The notes below the pieces were generated by a model that did not search any database, was not told the DNA's origin, and was given only the letters and a program-made list of their open reading frames with translations. 64,000 nucleotides of DNA from Sedimentisphaerales bacterium (lineage in GTDB: Bacteria; Planctomycetota; Phycisphaerae; Sedimentisphaerales; SM23-30): assembly GCA_963663965.2 (NCBI GenBank), contig CAXXFK010000010.1:64001-128000 (forward strand). Reading direction: 5' to 3'. This document shows positions 10,701 through 18,394 of the stretch, piece by piece; the stretch's first letter is position 1, and each line of letters opens with the position of its first letter. A program made the translations under genes and the position numbers.

Positions 10701-12289
10701 TCAATAATACCCCAATCTACATTATGTCCACAAAGCCCTCCCAAATTTTGTATTCCTGATACACGAGCCGTTGAATAACATTGAGTAATAGTTCCATTAT
10801 TTCCACCAATCAAACCGCCTACGGGGTATGTGCCAGATACTGTTCCGCTTGAATAACATTGATCAATGTTGCCCTTTTCATTCCATCCACAAATCCCTCC
10901 TGCATACATGCCATTGATTACTCCACCTGTTACATAAACATCCGCTGAACTCTGGTAGATAGTTGCGTTCCAGTTATAACCACATAATCCCCCAACATAG
11001 TCACCATCTCCGATAAATTGCCCAGAAGCATAACAATATCTTATGACACCTTCACTTATTCCACATATTCCTCCGATATAACTTTTGCCTCTTATGGATA
11101 CATTTTCTAAAATAATGTTTTTAATTTGTCCACCTGTTTTTATGTAACCAACAAAACCAAGAAAATCATTTATTTCTCCGCTAATAGTTAAGTTGGTTAT
11201 TTCAAAACCACTGCCATCAAAAAATCCATAAAAAGGGGTTCCTTGAAAACCGCTGGTGGATGGATCGGTATCTTGTGCGATTAATGCTCTGAATAAAGTA
11301 TTTCCAGACATGTTAATATTTTTAATCAACTTGAAGTATTTTCCATAATGATGAATATTATCCCCCATTGCAATCAAATCCGCTGCCGTTGCAATCTGAT
11401 AAGGATCGGCTTCAGTCCCGCTACCGCCTGAATACTCGTAGGGTTTCTCATCAGTTTTGGGGTACAAAGCAATTCCCCAGGCATTACCATCACCAAGCCC
11501 TGAGACAATTGATTGCATATTATGACCATTAAGATCACATTTTAAAATGCTGCCATCATGTGTGGCAAAATAAATTTTATTATCGAATACATCTAGCGTC
11601 AGATTATAAGCATCACCCGGGTAATCAACTATATATTCAGGATTGCTACCATCTAAATCAGCCCTACCAATTTTATGACTCCCACATTCAGTCCAATATA
11701 ATTTGTTGTAAAATAAATCTAATTGGATATCTCCTAAATTACCAGAAGATGTGTCAATCGATATGAAATCTTCCATATCGCTTCCATCAAGATTAGCTCG
11801 TTGAATTGTGCTTGTAATTTGCTCAACCCAGTATATTTTTCCATTAGACACATCAAGAGCCAATCCCACAGGACTTGGTATGTCATGAATTATAATTTTA
11901 ATATCGGAGCCATCAAGATTAGCTGATCTGATGACTCCACCAAAGGGATCTGTCCAGTACAATCTTCTTCCGATCACATCAATTTCAATTCCCCATACGT
12001 ACGAGCTATCATTTATAATACAATTGACACCGGAGCCATCTAAATTTGCTTGATATATTTCACCAGCAAAAAGGCCCCAATAAATTTTTTGCCCAATGGA
12101 GTCAATTTCTATATCACTCGATGTTGCTGAAGGTGCAACAGATACTATTTGCTCTAAATTTGAACCGTCCGTGTTACATCTCATAACATTTCCACCACCA
12201 TAACCACTGGTAAAATATACTTTTTCTTCACCCAAAGCATAATTGACAAGAATTAAACCAACCGCTATTAATGATAATTTCTTAACCAT
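7730..12289 (-). CDS. Large secreted protein: YWTD (LDL-receptor class B-like) beta-propeller, three GLUG modules, dockerin-like tail
   Basis: 1519 aa; KIYW/LYWTD...ANLDGS repeats; three YSGGSGT..DPYQIAT module starts; many VGGL[VC]G motifs. Confidence 0.85.
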   Translation of the reverse strand: MVKKLSLIAVGLILVNYALGEEKVYFTSGYGGGNVMRCNTDGSNLEQIVSVAPSATSSDIEIDSIGQKIYWGLFAGEIYQANLDGSGVNCIINDSSYVWGIEIDVIGRRLYWTDPFGGVIRSANLDGSDIKIIIHDIPSPVGLALDVSNGKIYWVEQITSTIQRANLDGSDMEDFISIDTSSGNLGDIQLDLFYNKLYWTECGSHKIGRADLDGSNPEYIVDYPGDAYNLTLDVFDNKIYFATHDGSILKCDLNGHNMQSIVSGLGDGNAWGIALYPKTDEKPYEYSGGSGTEADPYQIATAADLIAMGDNIHHYGKYFKLIKNINMSGNTLFRALIAQDTDPSTSGFQGTPFYGFFDGSGFEITNLTISGEINDFLGFVGYIKTGGQIKNIILENVSIRGKSYIGGICGISEGVIRYCYASGQFIGDGDYVGGLCGYNWNATIYQSSADVYVTGGVINGMYAGGICGWNEKGNIDQCYSSGTVSGTYPVGGLIGGNNGTITQCYSTARVSGIQNLGGLCGHNVDWGIIENSFWDLETSNQSFSAGGTGKTTEEMQDIQTFVAAGWDFSESDGDPADWYMPFNGYPKLSWEPIKQKYSGGSGTEIEPYQIATAEDLVSIGGNIGDYDKYFVLTADIDLSEYTFDRAIIAPDMDNGDHDYNGLPFSGQINGNEHAISNIFIDNNSGTYLGLIGQLGSNGKLMNLKMVDCQIIGRNYLGSLAGRNLGTIEGCGSSGYILGTGDYGYGTGGLVGRNDSVIKSCQAAMAIEGGRNVGGLVGFNEGPNGLIVYCSTEGTVTGNNDNTGGLVGYNCGQIKDSYSLSEIHGLQASGGLVGQNYINSKIEFCYASGNVYGSLSVGGLIGYSECGSIISCFASGNVTGDGSSIGGLIGYSERSNITRCFAEGNVVARENKNAGGLCGRSIGGEILSCYASGEVSGISNVGGLCGENSALITKCYAKANVTGTVDSIGGFCGRHYEGYIFNCYSVGLITGGLSSSIGGFCGSISSGGIDDCYWDIDTSGYSESNGGTGKTTAELKSIDTYLSNGWDFSDIDGDQADWRMPNNDYPKLAWEAIVIKYSGGSGTKVDPYQIATEQDVLTLGQGSGDYDKHFVLMNDIHLSGLDHETALVASDSSSSSGFQGTAFTGSFDGQGHSIIGLTIDGVAEGNDYLGLFGYVGTGGIVKNLQLVDCSVAGDDNISCLAGMVYGSIENCTVQGTLTGDDYIGGITSYKVYGNVRKCWADVSIHTGDYAYYIGGLVGQTVSSTITDCTVQVAITCPKQADWVGGLVGGNTNSQIAQCGSNGTISTNDMCDNLGGLVGINYGGTIKESYSTVDLSCSGDCWFIGGLVGNNTYYSANHRLSSIVDCYAQGNISGRQMLGGLVGSNEYGCQMINCYSTGSVTGSVGGGLAAYNISESGDTCFWDMQSSGMTYSGAGTGLLTETMQDKATFTGAGWDFENIWHMPYQASGYPMLWWQRDIPGDTTGSYGVNMEDYEAISNQWLIPDGADITEIIQLSEYWLAR

Positions 12290-12634
12290 GATCCGGCTCC
12301 TTTATGAGAAAATCGATAAACTTTCCAGCAATCTACCCAATTGCAATGATTGCATCTATTTCATCATACCCATTCCGGCCTATTAAATCAATCGTGGTAA
12401 CTACGGTATATCTGCATTTTTTTTAACCTCCTGTTCTGGGGGCAGATGAGATCGGTTCCCGTATGTCTAGTTTGATAAAATGGCGGTAAGACCTTTTCGG
12501 GATTTAGGTTATGGCGATATTTTTTCGTGTTGGCTTCGTTTGGTTTTGGGTTGGTAATCGCTGTGCTCATGGTTTTTTTCCTTTTTCTTTTATGAGAAAT
12601 ACTGTCAGTGGCGCCTTGGGGAGGCGATAGTTAA

Positions 12635-12661
12635 AAGTAGCAAGTAGGAAGTAGCAAGTAG
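12635..12661. repeat. Heptamer tandem repeat, about 4 copies of AAGTAG(C/G)
   Basis: aagtagc aagtagg aagtagc aagtag. Confidence 0.85.
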
Positions 12662-12806
12662 TATATTTTTCACGCCAATAAATTGGTGGGTTATTCACGG
12701 TTATCTCCTTCTAAGGCGGTCCTTCGGCCTTTGGGGTATTATTGGTATCCGCCGGGGGGCGGATGGTCAGTTTTATCTATCGCTTCAGAGCAATATTCTG
12801 GCGGAT

Positions 12807-12926
12807 CGCCTCTGCGAGGCGTGATAAAAAATTTTCAAATTCATGTTCGTTACCCAGGGTGGCGCTCGTCCCGATGGATCGGGATTCGCTCTACCCTGGG
12901 CTATTTTATACCAGCCCGTTGGGCTG
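12807..12926. repeat. Composite REP-like palindromic element
   Basis: CGCCTCTGCGAGGCG hairpin, long CCCAGGGT...ACCCTGGG stem (12853-12900) and a terminal CAGCCC-GTT-GGGCTG hairpin. Confidence 0.6.
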
Positions 12927-13077
12927 CTTTGGGTCTCCGTCCTCCTGAGGCGGACCTTCGGCCTATGTCGGATGGTTTTTTTATTTTTCGTTAAGCTCAA
13001 TTCTTTGTTGAGGTTATGGCAATATTTATGGGTATTGGGTTTGTTTCGCGCCAGGTCATGATGGTTGGTGGTTGATG

Positions 13078-13863
13078 TCAGTAGTGACGGCATTGGAGGG
13101 TGGTGTCGGCTGGGGTGTTCTGGGAATTTTCTGCCGGCGTGAATGGTTTTAAGTCATTGTTATAATTGTGGTTATAGTCGTGATTATTGGTGTTGGGTTC
13201 GTTTGGCGCTGGGGGATAGTTGGAGTGGTTGGGGGCGTATCGATGGGGTTTTTGGTTCAAAGGATCGGGATGAGATTCGTAGCGTTCGTAGCTGGAAGTG
13301 TGGTGGTAGTTATGGGTTGGATTGTTTGTTTCTAAGTTTTTGTTATTATTTGTTTTATGGTTGAATTTGCCGACTTTGGGTTCGTTTGGTATTGGTGTGG
13401 TTTCGGGTTGTTGGCCTGGTTCGGGGGTGGCGTTGGGGTCGCATTGGATGGCGGGGGTGATCTGGTAGCCGGCTTCGAAGAGGATTTCTTTGGATTGCTG
13501 GATGATCTGCTGGTATTCCAGGTCGGTGGGCGGGCCATCGGGGAGGCAATCTTTGAAGGAGTTGGAAACGGTGATAAACTGACGGATGAGTTGGGCAGTA
13601 GCGCGGCGGGCGGTGACGTTGTTGTCGGAGCGGGACTGGACGACGAGGCGTTGGAGGGCCTGGTGGCCGGCGCGGGTGGCGCGGAGTTTGTAGTCGCGGC
13701 GGTCGTAGGTGATGAGGCCGGCCAGTTCGCAGTGGTAGGAGTGGGTGTCGATGATATATTGATGCTGGCGGCGGGTGGTGTTGATGGTGGCGAGGAACAT
13801 GTCATCGATTTCGGGGCGGTGGTAGTATTGGGCGCGGGCGAGAATTTGCATGGAACGATTCAT
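13078..13863 (-). CDS. Hypothetical protein: helical N-terminal domain and N/H/P-rich tail made of repeat elements
   Basis: AAAGGAGG RBS before ATG 13863; strong bias toward C-ending codons; tail has two PNEP[KN] motifs encoded by the 57-bp elements. Confidence 0.6.
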   Translation of the reverse strand: MNRSMQILARAQYYHRPEIDDMFLATINTTRRQHQYIIDTHSYHCELAGLITYDRRDYKLRATRAGHQALQRLVVQSRSDNNVTARRATAQLIRQFITVSNSFKDCLPDGPPTDLEYQQIIQQSKEILFEAGYQITPAIQCDPNATPEPGQQPETTPIPNEPKVGKFNHKTNNNKNLETNNPTHNYHHTSSYERYESHPDPLNQKPHRYAPNHSNYPPAPNEPNTNNHDYNHNYNNDLKPFTPAENSQNTPADTTLQCRHY

Positions 13864-14052
13864 GGGAGCCTCCTTTAAACCTTAATAATGTTTTGTGTTT
13901 GACCGTTGGCGGCCGACTGTTGGGATTATAGGTTGCATTTCAATAATAGTCAAATAAATAATAATATTAATTGCAATAAATACATAATATAAGAAAATTT
14001 CACCGTGAAGTAAGTGAAGGGAGTGAAGAAACAGCCGGAGAGATAAGAAATA

Positions 14053-14462
14053 TATAACGGCCGATAAAACCGCAGATCCCGATGTACATCGGGACAGATA
14101 GACGCAGATAAAAACTTAGTTAAGTTGTTAAAATATAAGAAGATAGAACCACGGAAAAACGCGGAAAGACACGGAAGGAAATCAGGGATAAGAAGTTGAA
14201 ATCAAAGAAGATGGAACTATAGAAAGGGGCGAAAATAAAGAGTGGCGGGGCCACGAGTTAAATTTTTTAAAGGCAGGGGTTAACCACGGAGCCGTCCTCC
14301 TGAGGCGGATCTTCGACCTTCGGCTACACGAAGGGCGCCTGCGGCGCTGCACGAAGGATAAAAAAAATATAACGGCCAATTTAACTCCGCCACGGCGGAT
14401 CTTCGACGCAGATGGACGAAGACAAAATAGACTTAAGTTATTAATATATAATATGATAGAAC
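14053..14462. repeat. Imperfect ~96-bp direct repeat pair (14053-14149, 14368-14462) with nested micro-palindromes
   Basis: Both copies read TATAACGGCC...GCAGA...GACG.AGA.AAAA...TTAAGTT.TTAA.ATATAA...GATAGAAC. Confidence 0.75.
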
Positions 14463-14503
14463 TATTATAATTACCAAATTCACTAAAAATCTAAAAAAAA
14501 TAA

Positions 14504-14552
14504 TTGCCCTAACTTATTTTTGTGTTATATTTGTACTAGTAGTAATAATACA
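14504..14552 (+). promoter_or_regulatory. Sigma70 promoter plus YtrA-type GntR operator
   Basis: TTGCCC (-35) and TG-n-TATATT (extended -10), then the dyad TGTACTA-N7-TAATACA at 14532-14552, upstream of the gntR gene. Confidence 0.65.
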
Positions 14553-14571
14553 ATCATTCAGGTTCTAAGTC

Positions 14572-14979
14572 ATGCATATACAAATAAACCACGCCAGTGA
14601 TCGATCGGTCTACCAACAGATCATCGATCATATCAAAAAAGAAATCGCCCTGGGGCGGTTGCGAGTGGATGATCGGTTACCGACGGTTCGACAGTTGGCG
14701 GCCGATCTGGTCATCAATCCCAATACAATCGCCAAGGCCTATCGTCAATTGGAGCAGGACAATATCATCACCACCCGGGCCGGGGCCGGGGCCTTTGTGG
14801 CACCGATTCAATCGCCTTTGAGTCTGGAGGTGCGCGAAAACTATATCTGTCATGAGTTGGAGCGCGTTACCGTTGACGCGATCCACATGCAAATCGGCAA
14901 GTCTCAATTTCGTCAATGGTTCGATCGCATTGTCGATCTTTTTCAATTCGGCCCGGTAGCTGGAGTCAGTCATGAGTGA
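14572..14979 (+). CDS. GntR family regulator, YtrA subfamily
   Basis: YQQI...LPTVRQLAADLVINPNTIAKAYRQLE winged HTH; short C-terminus; precedes an ABC ATPase. Confidence 0.92.
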   Translation: MHIQINHASDRSVYQQIIDHIKKEIALGRLRVDDRLPTVRQLAADLVINPNTIAKAYRQLEQDNIITTRAGAGAFVAPIQSPLSLEVRENYICHELERVTVDAIHMQIGKSQFRQWFDRIVDLFQFGPVAGVSHE

Positions 14980-15919
14980 ATCTGTCATCGAAATCCGGAA
15001 TTTAGTCAAATTTTACGGCGGCCGCAGGATCCTGAACCGCATCAACCTGCAAATCCCGCGAGGCTGTATCTATGGCCTGCTGGGACCGAATGGGGTTGGT
15101 AAAACCACCCTGATTCGCATTCTCATGGGATTGGAACCCATTACCCGCGGAGAGGTGCGGATCTTTGGCAAAGATTGCCATCGACTGACCACCGGCGAAA
15201 AGGGCCGCATCGGTTACGTGGCGGAAGGCCACCATTTAATCCAGGGCTATACCGTTCAACAACTGATCAAACTGACCCGGGGCCTGGCCCGCCAATGGAA
15301 CACTCAATTTTTCGGCCATCTGATGGACCTGTTCAAATTGCCGATGGACCGTAAAATCAAGAAGCTGTCCGCCGGGATGCGCGCCAAACTCAACCTGGCG
15401 CTGGCCATGGCCCAGGATCCGGAACTTCTAATACTGGATGATCCTACGCTGGGTCTGGATACCATCGCGCGGCGCCAGTTTCTGGAACTGGCGATCGACC
15501 TGATCCAGAAAGAAGGCCGCACCATCCTGTTCAGCTCTCATATCCTCAGCGATGTGGAGCGGATCGCCGATCATATCGGGCTGCTGGTCGGTGGTGAAAT
15601 GGTGATCGATCATACCCTGGAGGGTCTCAAGCAGAATGTTCGCAAGATACGGATTCTGTTTGCCGATGCGCCGCCGGAGGATCTGCTCTTTAAAGATATT
15701 ATCCGCCAGGAATCCCGCGGCCGCGAGATTATTATCACCGCCGCCAACTGGAACGCTCAAAAAGAAAAAATGCTGGCCACCTTCCAGCCGGAATCGTACC
15801 AGGAGATCCCCATGACCCTGGAGGATATCTTTATCGACTGCCTGCATAACGGCCCAACAGTCCAACTGCAAGATGAACCTTTCAATTCGCCCGCCGGCGA
15901 GGAGGTTGCCTCATGTTAG
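14972..15919 (+). CDS. ABC transporter ATP-binding protein (YtrB-like)
   Basis: Walker A GPNGVGKT, signature LSAGM, Walker B LILDDP, SSH switch. Confidence 0.93.
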   Translation: MSESVIEIRNLVKFYGGRRILNRINLQIPRGCIYGLLGPNGVGKTTLIRILMGLEPITRGEVRIFGKDCHRLTTGEKGRIGYVAEGHHLIQGYTVQQLIKLTRGLARQWNTQFFGHLMDLFKLPMDRKIKKLSAGMRAKLNLALAMAQDPELLILDDPTLGLDTIARRQFLELAIDLIQKEGRTILFSSHILSDVERIADHIGLLVGGEMVIDHTLEGLKQNVRKIRILFADAPPEDLLFKDIIRQESRGREIIITAANWNAQKEKMLATFQPESYQEIPMTLEDIFIDCLHNGPTVQLQDEPFNSPAGEEVASC

Positions 15920-16563
15920 CCATTATAAGAAACGAGTTTCGAGAAATCCGGATCCTGGGCGGACTACTCGCGATTGTGCCCCTCATTCACATCATTATTC
16001 TCAGTATCTGGATATGGGATCAGACACGGTTTCAACCCTCGCTGGACAATAATCTATTTGAAGCACAGATCATCATATCGGTAACCGCTTTTATTTACAT
16101 GCCCCTGATCGCCGCCGTTATCGGCTGCGGCCAGATTCTCAATGACCGCCTCCGAAAGATTTCGACGTTTCTGGCGACCCAGGCAATTACCCGCGACCAG
16201 ATTTTCTGGGGACGTATGATTACCGGATTATGCTACCTTTTTTTACTATTGGTTCTGATCAGATGCTTCCAGTTTATTCTGATCCATACCTGCCTGGTAC
16301 CGGACCCAGCTTTAAACCGGCTGATCTCCCGCATGTCAACCTTAACCATTTTAATGACGATCACGAGTTATTGTCTGGGTATTCTGGCAGGATTGCATCG
16401 CTCTAAATTGTGCGGTCCTTTCCTGGCCTGGGGCGTGCTGGTCTTTCTGTTCGCGATCGCCTCAATCTATGGCCCTGGAATCACGTCTTATGTCCTGCTG
16501 AGTATCGTTACCTATGCGCTGGCCGGACGCAGCTGGCAAAAATTTCGAACGATCCCTTTATAA
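15913..16563 (+). CDS. ABC-2 type permease-like membrane protein
   Basis: About 6 hydrophobic segments; FL...ITR.QIFW motif; overlaps the ATPase gene. Confidence 0.75.
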   Translation: MLAIIRNEFREIRILGGLLAIVPLIHIIILSIWIWDQTRFQPSLDNNLFEAQIIISVTAFIYMPLIAAVIGCGQILNDRLRKISTFLATQAITRDQIFWGRMITGLCYLFLLLVLIRCFQFILIHTCLVPDPALNRLISRMSTLTILMTITSYCLGILAGLHRSKLCGPFLAWGVLVFLFAIASIYGPGITSYVLLSIVTYALAGRSWQKFRTIPL

Positions 16564-16582
16564 CCGATAAGGAGCGCCTCCC

Positions 16583-18235
16583 ATGTGGAACCGCCTGATA
16601 CCATTACGCTTGATTTGTACCGGTCTGCTGGTTTTTTTAAGCATCGTCACCCTGTTAACGATGATAAGAAAAAACAGTTTTACCAACACTAACATTTTGA
16701 CATCCAACCTGAACAGGGCAACCATTGACATTTCCAGTCTGATCGATCAAACCGATCAATTGAAAAACATCGCCTCTCCTCCGAATGTTTCTTTAAGGAT
16801 CTATGACGATCTTGACTTACTCAGTTATAAAATCACTGAGTTGGATGTGGTTGACAATCAATATTACTCCCTTTTTCCCAACCGGATCGATTCGGAATTC
16901 AACAACGTTCTGCCCTCACAGGTCATTTATTATGATGACAACATTCGCTGTTATGTGATCCGTTACTTTACCCATCGAGACGGCGAACTCGAAATTACCA
17001 AAACAACATTTATTGGCCCGAAAGGACTGGCTGACACCACTTCGGAGTTCAGCAGGATTGGCCAATTTCAAAATCCGGACAGTCGGGTGATTTTCTCGAA
17101 ATCCGGTCAGAATATATTCCTGATTCATGACCGTAACCTGCAGCAGTTTTTTAAATTATCTCTGACGGACCGGTCATTTATGCCAGGGCCGAAACTGGAT
17201 CGCCCCTGTATTGATTTTCATACGATCCGACACGGCTATGGCATGCATATCGAATATAATCCAGCACAAACGATCCACTCGAATGACCAATCGTACTATC
17301 CTGCCGATGTGTCTCCGGTAATACCAGAAAGCATACAGCCAATGTCGGGTGAGCAGACCGTCAGAACAAGATTATTGAACAGGTTTGCCGATTTCATTGT
17401 AACGGATAACCAGTTCTGGACTCCGGCTATGGATAACCAAGGCGATATCTTTCAGCTCGATCTGAATACGTTGACTCTGACGACAATAATAGGAACCATA
17501 AATCTCGCGGGCATTTCTGATTGCGAAAAAGAACTGTTAAGCTGGCAGGCCCAGTATTTTTTTGAAGAAGATCGGTTTAGAGGTATGGTCACCGCATATC
17601 TGGACCGAACCGGGATCGCATCAAGCCTGCAAGTCTTTGACCCTGAAGGGCGAATTATTGATGATGGCAAAGGCCGACTTGCCAATGAACTGCTCTACTC
17701 CTATGACGCCAGCCCCGAATCAGCAATTTTATGCGGTATCACCCTCATCACAGAAAGCCTGATCCCCCCGCTCCTGTCATGGCTCAATGCTTTTGTAGAG
17801 GGTTCCGGCGATGCCATTGCCGCCCGGCAATCGATATTCCTTATGCCGGACAGTATGATCAAGACGATCGTCAGCCATGAAACCAATGAGATCGGGGAGT
17901 ATGTCTGGTTCATTTTTCTGGCTTATGGCCCGGCCCTATTGATTAGTTTTCTGATGGGATTAACCGTATGGTTCAGCGCCAGGCGAAAAAATCTATCCAA
18001 ACAGGCATCGCTCGGCTGGCTGCTGGCTTGTACCTGGTTGGGATTGCCCGCTTTTTTAACCTACTGGTTTACCCGAAACGAAACTCCCCGGGTAACCTGC
18101 ATCAATTGCGGCCGGTTGCGTCTGGTCGATCTGGAACGATGTCAATATTGTGAGGCGGTCTGGGAACCGGCTGAATTACAGGCACCGCTCTGGCGAATCA
18201 TAGACAAGGATCAACCAAAGCTGGAAACAACCTGA
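16583..18235 (+). CDS. Membrane protein with large extracytoplasmic domain and C-terminal Zn-ribbon
   Basis: N-terminal TM, C-terminal TMs, then CINC...CQYC; AAGGAG RBS; last gene of the ABC operon. Confidence 0.65.
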   Translation: MWNRLIPLRLICTGLLVFLSIVTLLTMIRKNSFTNTNILTSNLNRATIDISSLIDQTDQLKNIASPPNVSLRIYDDLDLLSYKITELDVVDNQYYSLFPNRIDSEFNNVLPSQVIYYDDNIRCYVIRYFTHRDGELEITKTTFIGPKGLADTTSEFSRIGQFQNPDSRVIFSKSGQNIFLIHDRNLQQFFKLSLTDRSFMPGPKLDRPCIDFHTIRHGYGMHIEYNPAQTIHSNDQSYYPADVSPVIPESIQPMSGEQTVRTRLLNRFADFIVTDNQFWTPAMDNQGDIFQLDLNTLTLTTIIGTINLAGISDCEKELLSWQAQYFFEEDRFRGMVTAYLDRTGIASSLQVFDPEGRIIDDGKGRLANELLYSYDASPESAILCGITLITESLIPPLLSWLNAFVEGSGDAIAARQSIFLMPDSMIKTIVSHETNEIGEYVWFIFLAYGPALLISFLMGLTVWFSARRKNLSKQASLGWLLACTWLGLPAFLTYWFTRNETPRVTCINCGRLRLVDLERCQYCEAVWEPAELQAPLWRIIDKDQPKLETT

Positions 18236-18394
18236 CCGAACTATTCTGAGCGATCATAGCTTTCCAAAATCCCGCCTGTCCGTTTCTATTGAATCTGTTT
18301 TTAATAGTACTCGGAGAGATTCTGTCCATACTTTTAAGATACGATCAAAGTATATAAATTTGCCGACTACCCAATTTATAAAAAGGAAAACATT

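Larger units (their letters stand above)
12487..13389. repeat. Four dispersed 57-bp fixed-spacing elements (12487-12543, 12992-13048, 13150-13206, 13333-13389)
   Basis: Each reads TAAG-N18-TTAT-N17-TTGG(G/C)TT(C/T)GTTT(G/C)G; spacings counted by hand in all four copies. Confidence 0.8.

Noticed and set aside
12388..13093. Short ORFs 12388-12570, 12683-12994, 12742-12948, 12785-13093 and 12843-13061 (also 14182-14379)
   Set aside because: They are translations of the DNA repeats and palindromes, overlap each other and have no recognisable domain.
12300..14470. Repeat hotspot as a CRISPR array or integron cassette array
   Set aside because: No identical repeats with regular spacers, no cas genes or integrase, and no convincing attC ends.
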